Shown: positions 9,130 to 16,238 of the stretch, piece by piece | How positions within the stretch are numbered: position 1 is the first letter of the stretch | Layout of the letters: the number at the start of each line of letters is the position of its first letter | Assembly (NCBI GenBank): GCA_046757165.1 | Contig: JBHHXT010000081.1 | Location: 1-19,967 of the forward strand | DNA: 19,967 nucleotides | Direction: 5' to 3' | Source: a bacterium | GTDB lineage: Bacteria; Zhuqueibacterota; Zhuqueibacteria; Oceanimicrobiales; Oceanimicrobiaceae | The notes under the pieces: model-generated | Databases searched by the model: none | Told to the model about the DNA's origin: nothing | The model's input: the letters and a program-made list of their open reading frames with translations, nothing else | Made by a program: the position numbers and the translations under genes

Positions 9130-9158
9130 AATATAATATAGTGAACTTCGTTTGTCAA
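9130..9158 (-). promoter_or_regulatory. Sigma-70-type promoter facing rpoD
   Basis: Minus strand TTGACA (9158-9153), 17-nt spacer, TATATT (9135-9130). Confidence 0.7.
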
Positions 9159-9243
9159 GCCACTTTTCCAAAAAACTTTAGAAAAATCTGGAGGTGCCGA
9201 TAGGAGGCAAAGACCTAATTCCAGTCACATTCCTCACAGTCGC

Positions 9244-10236
9244 ATGGGTATGGACGAATCCTACTGCGGTGCCAGCCACGAGCTTCAGGACGACTCTCTA
9301 ACTGGGGGCACTCATAAACTGCAACAGCCTGAGACATCAACTGCGCCGGAGCATCAGAATAAGCTTGTCGACGAGCTGACCCGACAAAATGAGCAGCTAA
9401 GAGCAGAGCTCGCAGCAAAAGATGAGCAATTGCAGCTTATTTTGAATCAGTTAGCGCACGTCGACAAGCTCGCGATGATGGGCACCCTTGGTGCGAGCGT
9501 TGCACATGAACTGAACAATCCGCTCACGGTCATCAGCGCGGAGGCGGAGGAAATAATCGACGCCATCGAAGGCGGGCACGAAAATCAGAAGTTGACCGTC
9601 GTTTCCGCAAAACACATCAGGCAGTGTGCGGACAAAATGCGTTACTTCGTCGATCATCTGCGGCAATATTCGAGAAAGGATGAAACGACCCCCTGGCAAA
9701 AAGTGGATATCAACACCACCATTCACGACGCCCTACTCATGCTCAAGCCGCGGCTCAGAGAAGCCAATATCAGAGTGCAGCTCTCCCTGGCCAAAACATT
9801 GCCCAAGATCTGGGGCCACCACATCAAGTTGGAATCCGTCTTCCAGAATCTGATAGCCAATGCCATCGACTCGTTCACGCCGGATTGCGAAAACAGGCGG
9901 CGATTCGTTACTATCTCAACGACACAGGAGGCGAAAAATGGCGTGGTGGCTCAAATCACCGATAATGGATGTGGCATGTCAGAAGAGGTCAGAAACAAAA
10001 TGTTCGATCCCTTTTTCACCACCAAGAAGAGCGACCAGGGCACAGGCCTGGGGCTGGCAATGGTGAACACCTACTTGCAAGACCACCATGCCGAGCTGGA
10101 GGTCGAGTCGCAGGAGGACAAAGGGACGGTCATGACGATTCGATTTCCGCTGGAAAGAAGATCCTTGCTGAGCGGTCAATCAGGCTCACAACAGTCTCGA
10201 GGTGAAAGAAAAAAAGAACATTCTCATCGTCGATGA
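9244..10236 (+). CDS. Cytoplasmic histidine kinase (coiled coil + HisKA + HATPase), no evident sensor domain
   Basis: H-box VAHELNNPL, N-box VFQNLIANA, G1 DNGCGM, F-box FDPFFTTK, G2 GTGLGL; no transmembrane segment. Start uncertain (9244 or 9250). Confidence 0.92.
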   Translation: MGMDESYCGASHELQDDSLTGGTHKLQQPETSTAPEHQNKLVDELTRQNEQLRAELAAKDEQLQLILNQLAHVDKLAMMGTLGASVAHELNNPLTVISAEAEEIIDAIEGGHENQKLTVVSAKHIRQCADKMRYFVDHLRQYSRKDETTPWQKVDINTTIHDALLMLKPRLREANIRVQLSLAKTLPKIWGHHIKLESVFQNLIANAIDSFTPDCENRRRFVTISTTQEAKNGVVAQITDNGCGMSEEVRNKMFDPFFTTKKSDQGTGLGLAMVNTYLQDHHAELEVESQEDKGTVMTIRFPLERRSLLSGQSGSQQSRGERKKEHSHRR

Positions 10237-10582
10237 TGAGGTGATCATCCTCGATGTCCTGAAGCGGCGATTGGAGCGCATGGGGTTTGTGGTCAAGATC
10301 GCCCATGACGGCCAGAGAGCCATCGACATCCTGCAAAGCGAGCAGGTCGACTTGATTGTCTGCGACGCGACTCTGCCCGTCAGCGTTGACAGCCATGAGG
10401 TCCTGAAGGTGTCCCGCACGCGTCACCCGCACGCCAGTTTTGTGGCCATGTCGGGACACCTCGAGGCGGATGAGTCCGTACAGAGGCTGATGTGCGGTGG
10501 CGCCTCTTTGTTCATTAAGAAACCATTTCCCTCTCTACGTGAGGTGACCCGGGAGATCGCCGACCTGCTCACGAGCGCTTGA
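10202..10582 (+). CDS. Response regulator receiver domain (stand-alone, or frameshifted C-terminus of the kinase)
   Basis: ILIVDDE, DLIVCD (phospho-acceptor), AMSG, KPF. Overlaps the kinase by 35 nt; only a GTG start, with no clear SD. Confidence 0.88.
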   Translation: MKEKKNILIVDDEVIILDVLKRRLERMGFVVKIAHDGQRAIDILQSEQVDLIVCDATLPVSVDSHEVLKVSRTRHPHASFVAMSGHLEADESVQRLMCGGASLFIKKPFPSLREVTREIADLLTSA

Positions 10583-10672
10583 CCCTGTTTCATTTCGATT
10601 CCTTCCCGTTCAATTCTGTTGCTTTTGTCGAAAGAAATCGCTTGATTATGCAATACCTTAACGGAATAAATG

Positions 10673-10720
10673 GGAGTGCAACGCTTTAGCGTTGCATGAA
10701 ATGCTAAAGCATTTCACTCC
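10673..10720. repeat. Inverted REP doublet (REPIN-like) with GGAG feet
   Basis: ggagtgcaacgctttagcgttgca (10673-10696) is directly followed by an inverted copy whose reverse complement is ggagtgaaatgctttagcatttca (10697-10720). Each unit is itself a palindrome. Confidence 0.75.
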
Positions 10721-10803
10721 TTACGTGTTAGCCCTTGCTGGGAGAAATTCATGAATTATTCAGGTTAGAAGATTGCGATTCGCACAAGCCGGACAGATAA
10801 GCC

Positions 10804-11100
10804 ATGCCAAAGCTCGTGATCACGTGTTACAATTGTGGCGCAATTTCTGAATTGGAAGACCGCCTGCTCCACAGTACCACATGCGAAAAATGCTCGTCTT
10901 ACTTACGCTGCTGCCGAAATTGTCGTTTCTACGACCCCACCGCTTATAACGCGTGCCGTGAACCTCAGGCTGAACGCGTTAAAGACAAGGAGAAGGCGAC
11001 TTATTGTGAGTTCTTTGAGCTGACATTGCAACCGCAGGGGGCGCAGAACACCCGGCGAGAAGAGTCGTTGAAGAAATTGAACCAGTTATTTAAGAAGTGA
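10804..11100 (+). CDS. Small Cys-rich conserved hypothetical protein, probably metal-binding
   Basis: CYNC, CEKC, CCRNC, ACREP, YCEFF, then a C-terminal helix LKKLNQLFKK; purine-rich stretch upstream; abuts pepE. Confidence 0.85.
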   Translation: MPKLVITCYNCGAISELEDRLLHSTTCEKCSSYLRCCRNCRFYDPTAYNACREPQAERVKDKEKATYCEFFELTLQPQGAQNTRREESLKKLNQLFKK

Positions 11101-11120
11101 TTCAATCAAATAACAGCTCA

Positions 11121-11819
11121 ATGCGACTCCTTCTGAGCAGCAGCTCCAAACAGCACGGTTCCGGTTACCTGGACCACTGCGCCGATGAGATTATTGATTT
11201 CCTCGGCCAGGCGAAACAGGTAGCATTCATCCCGTTCGCCCTACACGATTGGGAGGCCTATTCCGCAGCCGTAGCCGCGCGCTTCCGGAAGATGGAATTC
11301 GACCTGAGCGGCGTCCACCAGGCAGGGGATGCGAGGGGGACGATTGCGGCCGCAGAGGCCATCTTCGTCGGGGGCGGCAACACGTTCCGGCTCCTGAACG
11401 AGCTTTACAATCAGGACCTGCTGCAGATTATGTGGGAAAAAGTTGCGTCCGGGACCCCGTATATCGGCTCTAGTGCCGGCACTGGAATCGCAGGCCCAAC
11501 CATCAAGACCACCAACGACATGCCCATCGTCTACCCGCCATCGTTCGATGCGCTCAACCTCGTTCCCTTCAATCTGAACTGCCACTATCTGGACCCGGAT
11601 CCGAAGTCCCGGCACCAGGGCGAAACACGGGAGCAGCGCCTCAAGGAATTTCATGAAATGAATGACCCGCCGGTGCTTGCTCTGCGCGAGGGGGCGATGT
11701 TGCGGGTGGAAGGAAAGCGGGCCACCCTGAAAGGAAACGTGAATGCTCGCTTGTTCCTGAAGGCCCGACCGCCGGTTGAATTTGAACCCGGCGCGGATTT
11801 GAGTTTTCTTCTCTCTTGA
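11121..11819 (+). CDS. pepE: Dipeptidase E (peptidase S51, Asp-specific)
   Basis: FIPFA, IFVGGGNTF.LL, YIGSSAG (catalytic Ser), TIKTTNDMPIV.P, HYLD, H.GETREQR..EF. Start is ATG 11121, or GTG 11097 overlapping the upstream stop. Confidence 0.95.
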   Translation: MRLLLSSSSKQHGSGYLDHCADEIIDFLGQAKQVAFIPFALHDWEAYSAAVAARFRKMEFDLSGVHQAGDARGTIAAAEAIFVGGGNTFRLLNELYNQDLLQIMWEKVASGTPYIGSSAGTGIAGPTIKTTNDMPIVYPPSFDALNLVPFNLNCHYLDPDPKSRHQGETREQRLKEFHEMNDPPVLALREGAMLRVEGKRATLKGNVNARLFLKARPPVEFEPGADLSFLLS

Positions 11820-11888
11820 GCGCCTGACTCACCCTCCCGCTGCCGTTGGCGGTTCTTCCGCAAACTTGTATTGGACCTGGCGCTTAGT

Positions 11889-12362
11889 CTACTCTGAGAT
11901 GACCGCTCCGTTGCCTCTAATGCGGTAGATGGTCGCCTCTGCTGCAACGGTCAGCGGGTCGAACGGTTCTCCGCGTTCCTCTGCTTCATGACGTTTCCAG
12001 GCGATGACTTGCTCTTTGGTGAGATCGAGCCTTTCGACCGTGCCTTGCACGACTGCAAACTTGCCCCTGGCGCTGAGGGGAAAAACGATCTCGTCATCTT
12101 TGACTTTGACTTGAATCCTGTCAGAAGACGAGCCCGCCGCAACATCGATCCAACAGCCCTTTTTCGGACACACATCAAGAATATTGCCTGAGATCAGAAC
12201 TTCCTGGCCGACGTAGACCTCCGGATTTTGCAGGAGTTCAGTGACCGCCAGGGTATCTTTGAGTGTGATGGCTTTGCCGTACTGCTTGTCGACTTCCTTT
12301 GAGCAAGTGACGACGCAAAGAGTCAACAAAATACACAATGAAGTAGAGATTCGTTTGGTCAT
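11889..12362 (-). CDS. DUF4920-family exported protein (possible lipoprotein)
   Basis: Signal peptide ending near VVTC, YG..I, VCPKKGCW, V..KD..IVFP, C-terminal Y.I.G.GA.I. Confidence 0.8.
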   Translation of the reverse strand: MTKRISTSLCILLTLCVVTCSKEVDKQYGKAITLKDTLAVTELLQNPEVYVGQEVLISGNILDVCPKKGCWIDVAAGSSSDRIQVKVKDDEIVFPLSARGKFAVVQGTVERLDLTKEQVIAWKRHEAEERGEPFDPLTVAAEATIYRIRGNGAVISE

Positions 12363-12468
12363 TTCAGATTCCCTGGGAAAATGGTTCGGATTTCAGCTGA
12401 GTAAACACTAGGGCAATATAAGACTCTTGCGCACAATTGAAAGAAAAATCTTGATAAAGGAAAGAGAC

Positions 12469-12572
12469 GGGGCTGTCCAAAAAGTCTGCAGGAGATGTAC
12501 TTTTGGGACAGCCCCCAGTTAGCCTCGAGTCCGGCGCATAAATGTCTCGTTACAAGCTTTTCGGACAGCCCC
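12469..12572. mobile_element. MITE / IS-end remnant with terminal inverted repeats resembling IS1182-family ends
   Basis: ggggctgtccaaaaagt (12469-12485) and acttttgggacagcccc (12499-12515) are 16/17 complementary. A second right-end copy cttttcggacagcccc lies at 12557-12572. No transposase. Confidence 0.6.
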
Positions 12573-12652
12573 AAAAGTCGTAAAGAGCCCTCCACCAGGG
12601 GGCGTTAACGCCCTTGCTTGTCCGATGCTCAATGCGGATGCAATTGGAAGGA

Positions 12653-13018
12653 TTAGTGTTTGAGTAGAAAAGGAAGCTCGCGCGTCACCTTTCCCTCGTC
12701 GCCAAGATTCAACTCGATCAGGCGACGCAGGTGGGCCATGGTTTCGATATCTTCGCTCAAGAAATTGAAGCCAAATTGGCCCGTTTTATTATGAACGAGC
12801 TTCATGCTGAATTGCAGTCTTATCTCAGATGGCGCCAGAACCAAATGCAAGTCGCACGTGTCTCCGAGGTCGATCTCGAGCGGGGCTGGTTCTTTGAACT
12901 GCAAGAGTACTCCCTGCAAAGAGATATCCAGGAGCTCGGCCTCAAACGTATGCTTGCCATACTCGACTTGCACGTCGGTGACGAATTTTATGCGACTGAA
13001 GCGGCGTCTTTCTTCCAT
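12653..13018 (-). CDS. Single-domain PilZ c-di-GMP receptor, PA4608/MapZ-like
   Basis: RRRFSR (RxxxR), DISLQG (DxSxxG), C-terminal HLRRLIELNLGDE...REL typical of the PA4608 subfamily. ATG 13018 follows gagga. Confidence 0.9.
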   Translation of the reverse strand: MEERRRFSRIKFVTDVQVEYGKHTFEAELLDISLQGVLLQFKEPAPLEIDLGDTCDLHLVLAPSEIRLQFSMKLVHNKTGQFGFNFLSEDIETMAHLRRLIELNLGDEGKVTRELPFLLKH

Positions 13019-13067
13019 GCTAATTGTTTTCCTCAAGAATGGTCATTCTCAACAAAGTTCGGAAAAT

Positions 13068-13110
13068 AAAAAAAAAGCTTGATGAAACCTGCGGGTGTTG
13101 ACCAAGCTTT
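13068..13110 (-). terminator. Putative intrinsic terminator between coaE and the PilZ gene
   Basis: Minus strand AAAGCTTGGT...ATCAAGCTTT stem (one G-U pair) running into T9. Confidence 0.6.
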
Positions 13111-13133
13111 CATTTTAGTTGCCTTTTTGTAAC

Positions 13134-13167
13134 CGCGCAGGTGATTCGGGGATCAATCACCTGCGCG
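13134..13167. repeat. Perfect 13-bp inverted repeat spanning the coaE stop codon
   Basis: cgcgcaggtgatt (13134-13146), 8-nt loop, aatcacctgcgcg (13155-13167). Confidence 0.7.
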
Positions 13168-13761
13168 TTGACGCAGCCAGTCGAAGAGGTCGTCCACTTT
13201 CCTGGCCAGCTCGGGAAGCCCGCCAGAGTTCTCGAGCACGTAGTCGGCGCGACGGATTTTTTCTGGGACAGGCATCTGGGCGTCAAAGCGCCGCAGAATT
13301 TCCTCCCCGGTAAGCTGGTCACGCTGCTGCAGCCACTGAATTCGCCGGTCGAGGGGGGCCTCGACAACGACGACAGCATCCAGGCTGTCATCCATGCCTG
13401 ACTCATAAATCAACGCCGCCTCGACTCCGATGAGCCGATGCCCTTCTTCGACACTCAAGCGTCCGGCTTCCTGCTCGATCCACTTCAGGATGTGAGGATG
13501 AATGATGCGGTTGACTTGTTCGCGGGTCTCCGGGCTGGAAAACACCAGCGCCCTGAGTTTTTTCTTGTTCAATTCCCCCGACGGGGTGTAAACCTCATCG
13601 CCGAATTTCGCCTTCAGGGCCTGGCGGATTTCTGACGAGGTCATCGTTAGTTTGCGGGCAAGCGGGTCCGCCGCGAGGATGGCGATCCCCTTTTCCTGCA
13701 AAAGCTGACAGACAGCCGATTTGCCGCTCGCAATGCCGCCGGTTACACCAAATAAGAGCAT
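13153..13761 (-). CDS. coaE: Dephospho-CoA kinase
   Basis: GVTGGIASGKS P-loop, AD..A, L...VF, IIHP.I, EAALIYE, R..AQ...EK...ADYV.EN.G. Confidence 0.96.
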   Translation of the reverse strand: MLLFGVTGGIASGKSAVCQLLQEKGIAILAADPLARKLTMTSSEIRQALKAKFGDEVYTPSGELNKKKLRALVFSSPETREQVNRIIHPHILKWIEQEAGRLSVEEGHRLIGVEAALIYESGMDDSLDAVVVVEAPLDRRIQWLQQRDQLTGEEILRRFDAQMPVPEKIRRADYVLENSGGLPELARKVDDLFDWLRQRAGD

Positions 13762-13771
13762 GAGTGGTGTC

Positions 13772-15814
13772 TCAATTCAGTCGATGTTTGCGCCTGCTCT
13801 TTCTGTCCAACTCTCTGCGAACAGCTTCGGCCAGGGTTTTTTGCGTCACTGGCTTCGGGACGAACGAGCCGGCGCCCAGCTTCATGGCCTGCTGGACGCG
13901 GCTGGACATGGCGTAGCCGGAGACGATGATGGCCTTTTGCTGCGGGTTGAGTTCCAGAATGCGCCGGTAGGCTTCTACACCATCCATCCCCTCCATGACC
14001 ATGTCCATAATGAGCAGGTCGTAGGAGCGAGTTTTTACATGCTTCACTGCATGTTCTCCGCTCGAGAGCACGTGCACTTTGTATCCGAGCCGTTTTAGCA
14101 ACTGGCCAGAGACACGTCGCTGAACAGGATCGTCATCGACTACCAGGATTCGTTCACTTCCCCTCTGCGGGGTTTTTCTGATTTCGGGGGTTTGTCGAGT
14201 GAGCTTTCTCGCTGCGGGAAACAGGATTGAAAAGGTGGTGCCTTTGCCGACTTTGGAGTCCAGGGTAATGTAGCCATGATGGTCTTCGACGATGCTGTGG
14301 ACAACGCTCAGGCCAAGCCCTGAGCCACGCTCGCGGTTCATTTTCTTGGTGGTAAAAAACGGATCGAAGACTTTGTGCAGGATGTCCGGGGCAATGCCCG
14401 AGCCCGTATCAGATATTTGCAGCTTCACGTAATCACCGCGTTTCATCGACCGGTTGCCATCGGGGGGCCTCTCCAGATAGATGTTTTCTGTTTCAACCCT
14501 CAGTATCCCTTTGCCGCGCATCGCTTCGACGGCGTTGTGGATGAGGTTGGAGAAAGCCCGATGGAGCTGTGCTGCGCCCCCCTTGACCGGGAGCAAATCG
14601 GGAGTGAGTTGTTCTTTGATGAGAATCTCCTTTGGCAGGCAGCACGCATGCAAGGTTTCATGAATCAGCTCATTCAAGTTGACCGGATCCATAGCGTAGT
14701 GGCAGCGTTTGCCGAGGGTCAAGAGCTGTTGATTGATTTCTGCCAATTTATCAGCCGATCTTTCTATTTCTGCCAGCATTCTCAGGATGGAACTGTCGGC
14801 GGGCAACTCTTCACGAATGAGCGCAGGATAAGCGGACAAGGGCGAGAGCAGGTTGTTGAAGTCGTGCGCGATTTGCCCGGCGACCCGTCCGGCGGATTCC
14901 AGCCGCTGAGTGCGTGCCAGCTCCTCTTGCAAACTCTTGCGCCGGGTCACGTCGATCAAAAAGCAGAGCGTGGCCGGCTGCCTTCCCCAGGTTAGATAGA
15001 CCGAGCTTGCATCCAGCCAGCGCACCGAATGGTCGGGCTGAACGATTCGAAAGGACTCCAGTTTTTCAGACTGTCCGGTCCTGCGGACGGTATTCAAGTG
15101 GCTGGCAACCCGTTTCCTGTCCTCGGGATGGATGAGGTCCAGAAAGGTTTTGTAGGCCAATTGATCTTCGGCGATGCCGGTGATGTCTACGGTGCGCGGG
15201 TTGAAAAACTTTATCTTGCCTTGTTGCACGACGAGAATGGCCTCGTCAGCATTTTGTACAACCAGGCGGTATTTTTGTTCGGATTCACGCCTCTTGGCCT
15301 CTGTGCGGATCCTTTCCAGCTCTGCTGCCGCTCGAACCGCAAAGATTTGGAGCACAGATTTCGCGAAATCGCCGTGCGGCAACGGCCGGCGGTCCATCAA
15401 GACCAGAATGCCAATGACGCGCTCGCTCGAGTCAATGAGCGAGATGGCGATGTAGCTCTGGATGTCGAGCTCGAGTAGGTGTGGGTTGCGCGGAAAGTGC
15501 TTTTGCACCTCGCGGGAGTAGATGCACGATTTCTTGCTGGTCAACTCTTTGCAAGGCGTGGGCGCCAGATCATAGTCGAAATTCTGCAAGATTTTGCCCC
15601 TGCCGTATGCTGCAAGAGTCCTGATCCTGTTGAACTTAGCCCCACTTATTTCACCGATATGGGCATACTCCACGTTCAAGGACTCAGCAAGATATTCCAC
15701 CAGGGAAGTGAAGAATGCCTCACCCGTGAAGGCAGCCACGCCCTCTGCAATGTTGCCCAGGAGGTTGCCTGGCTCAAGGAGATAGGTTGAGTTGGTTTTG
15801 TGTTGCGCTTTCAT
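13772..15814 (-). CDS. Cytoplasmic hybrid histidine kinase GAF-PAS-HisKA-HATPase-REC (CckA-like core)
   Basis: GAF (GEAFFTSLV.YLA...TPC...FAVRAAAELER), PAS (IHPEDR, VRWL), AGQIAHDFNNLL, NL..NA, DTGSGI, FDPFFTTK, GSGLGL, REC ILVVDDD...DLLIMD...SG...KP. SD aaggag upstream. Confidence 0.95.
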   Translation of the reverse strand: MKAQHKTNSTYLLEPGNLLGNIAEGVAAFTGEAFFTSLVEYLAESLNVEYAHIGEISGAKFNRIRTLAAYGRGKILQNFDYDLAPTPCKELTSKKSCIYSREVQKHFPRNPHLLELDIQSYIAISLIDSSERVIGILVLMDRRPLPHGDFAKSVLQIFAVRAAAELERIRTEAKRRESEQKYRLVVQNADEAILVVQQGKIKFFNPRTVDITGIAEDQLAYKTFLDLIHPEDRKRVASHLNTVRRTGQSEKLESFRIVQPDHSVRWLDASSVYLTWGRQPATLCFLIDVTRRKSLQEELARTQRLESAGRVAGQIAHDFNNLLSPLSAYPALIREELPADSSILRMLAEIERSADKLAEINQQLLTLGKRCHYAMDPVNLNELIHETLHACCLPKEILIKEQLTPDLLPVKGGAAQLHRAFSNLIHNAVEAMRGKGILRVETENIYLERPPDGNRSMKRGDYVKLQISDTGSGIAPDILHKVFDPFFTTKKMNRERGSGLGLSVVHSIVEDHHGYITLDSKVGKGTTFSILFPAARKLTRQTPEIRKTPQRGSERILVVDDDPVQRRVSGQLLKRLGYKVHVLSSGEHAVKHVKTRSYDLLIMDMVMEGMDGVEAYRRILELNPQQKAIIVSGYAMSSRVQQAMKLGAGSFVPKPVTQKTLAEAVRRELDRKSRRKHRLN

Positions 15815-16179
15815 AGCGGTCTCCTTGTTACATGGATATCATCTCATGTTGGTTGTGCTATTGAAAACGTCGAGTGGGTAGGAATACGTGTGAAATGCGG
15901 TGGCGGGCGATAAGAACGCGAACGGCTGGTCCGACGACTCAGTCGTGAGAAGCTTCCTTCCCCACCATCCCCGGATCCTCCTCGCTCTCGAGTGGAAACT
16001 CATTTGATGGCCACTCCTTTCCCTCCGGAGTTTACGCCGGCTCCTCGAGTTGGCGTTTGGGAACAGTCTCGTCACAGGTGACAGGCAGGCAGGTCTGATG
16101 ACTGATAGCGGGCTGGAAAGAACCGGACACGGATTCTGACTTACAGTTGAGTTTTGCAAGCGCGATTGAGCTATTTCCA

Positions 16180-16209
16180 CAAATATATAATAATTATAAA
16201 CTAAAGCAA
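16180..16209 (-). promoter_or_regulatory. Candidate promoter for the hybrid kinase-coaE unit
   Basis: AT-rich patch. Minus strand TTG-N19-TATATTTG fits the Bacteroidota -33/-7 consensus (TTG...TAnnTTTG); also readable as TTGCTT-N16-TATATT. Confidence 0.45.
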
Positions 16210-16238
16210 GCAAAATGACAGGTTTTTAATACAAAATT

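Noticed and set aside
8557..9141. 194-aa plus-strand ORF across the rpoD start and leader
   Set aside because: Antisense to rpoD, translates AT-rich regulatory DNA, no motifs.
12359..12595. 78-aa minus-strand ORF upstream of the DUF4920 gene
   Set aside because: Runs through the MITE-like inverted repeats and lacks coding features.
16010..16145. c-di-AMP (ydaO) riboswitch, suggested by minus-strand AACTCCGGAGG...AAAGGAG and GAATCC
   Set aside because: The 5' partner (CGGRGGAA) and the central GGGG motif are missing, so P1-P3 cannot be built by eye.
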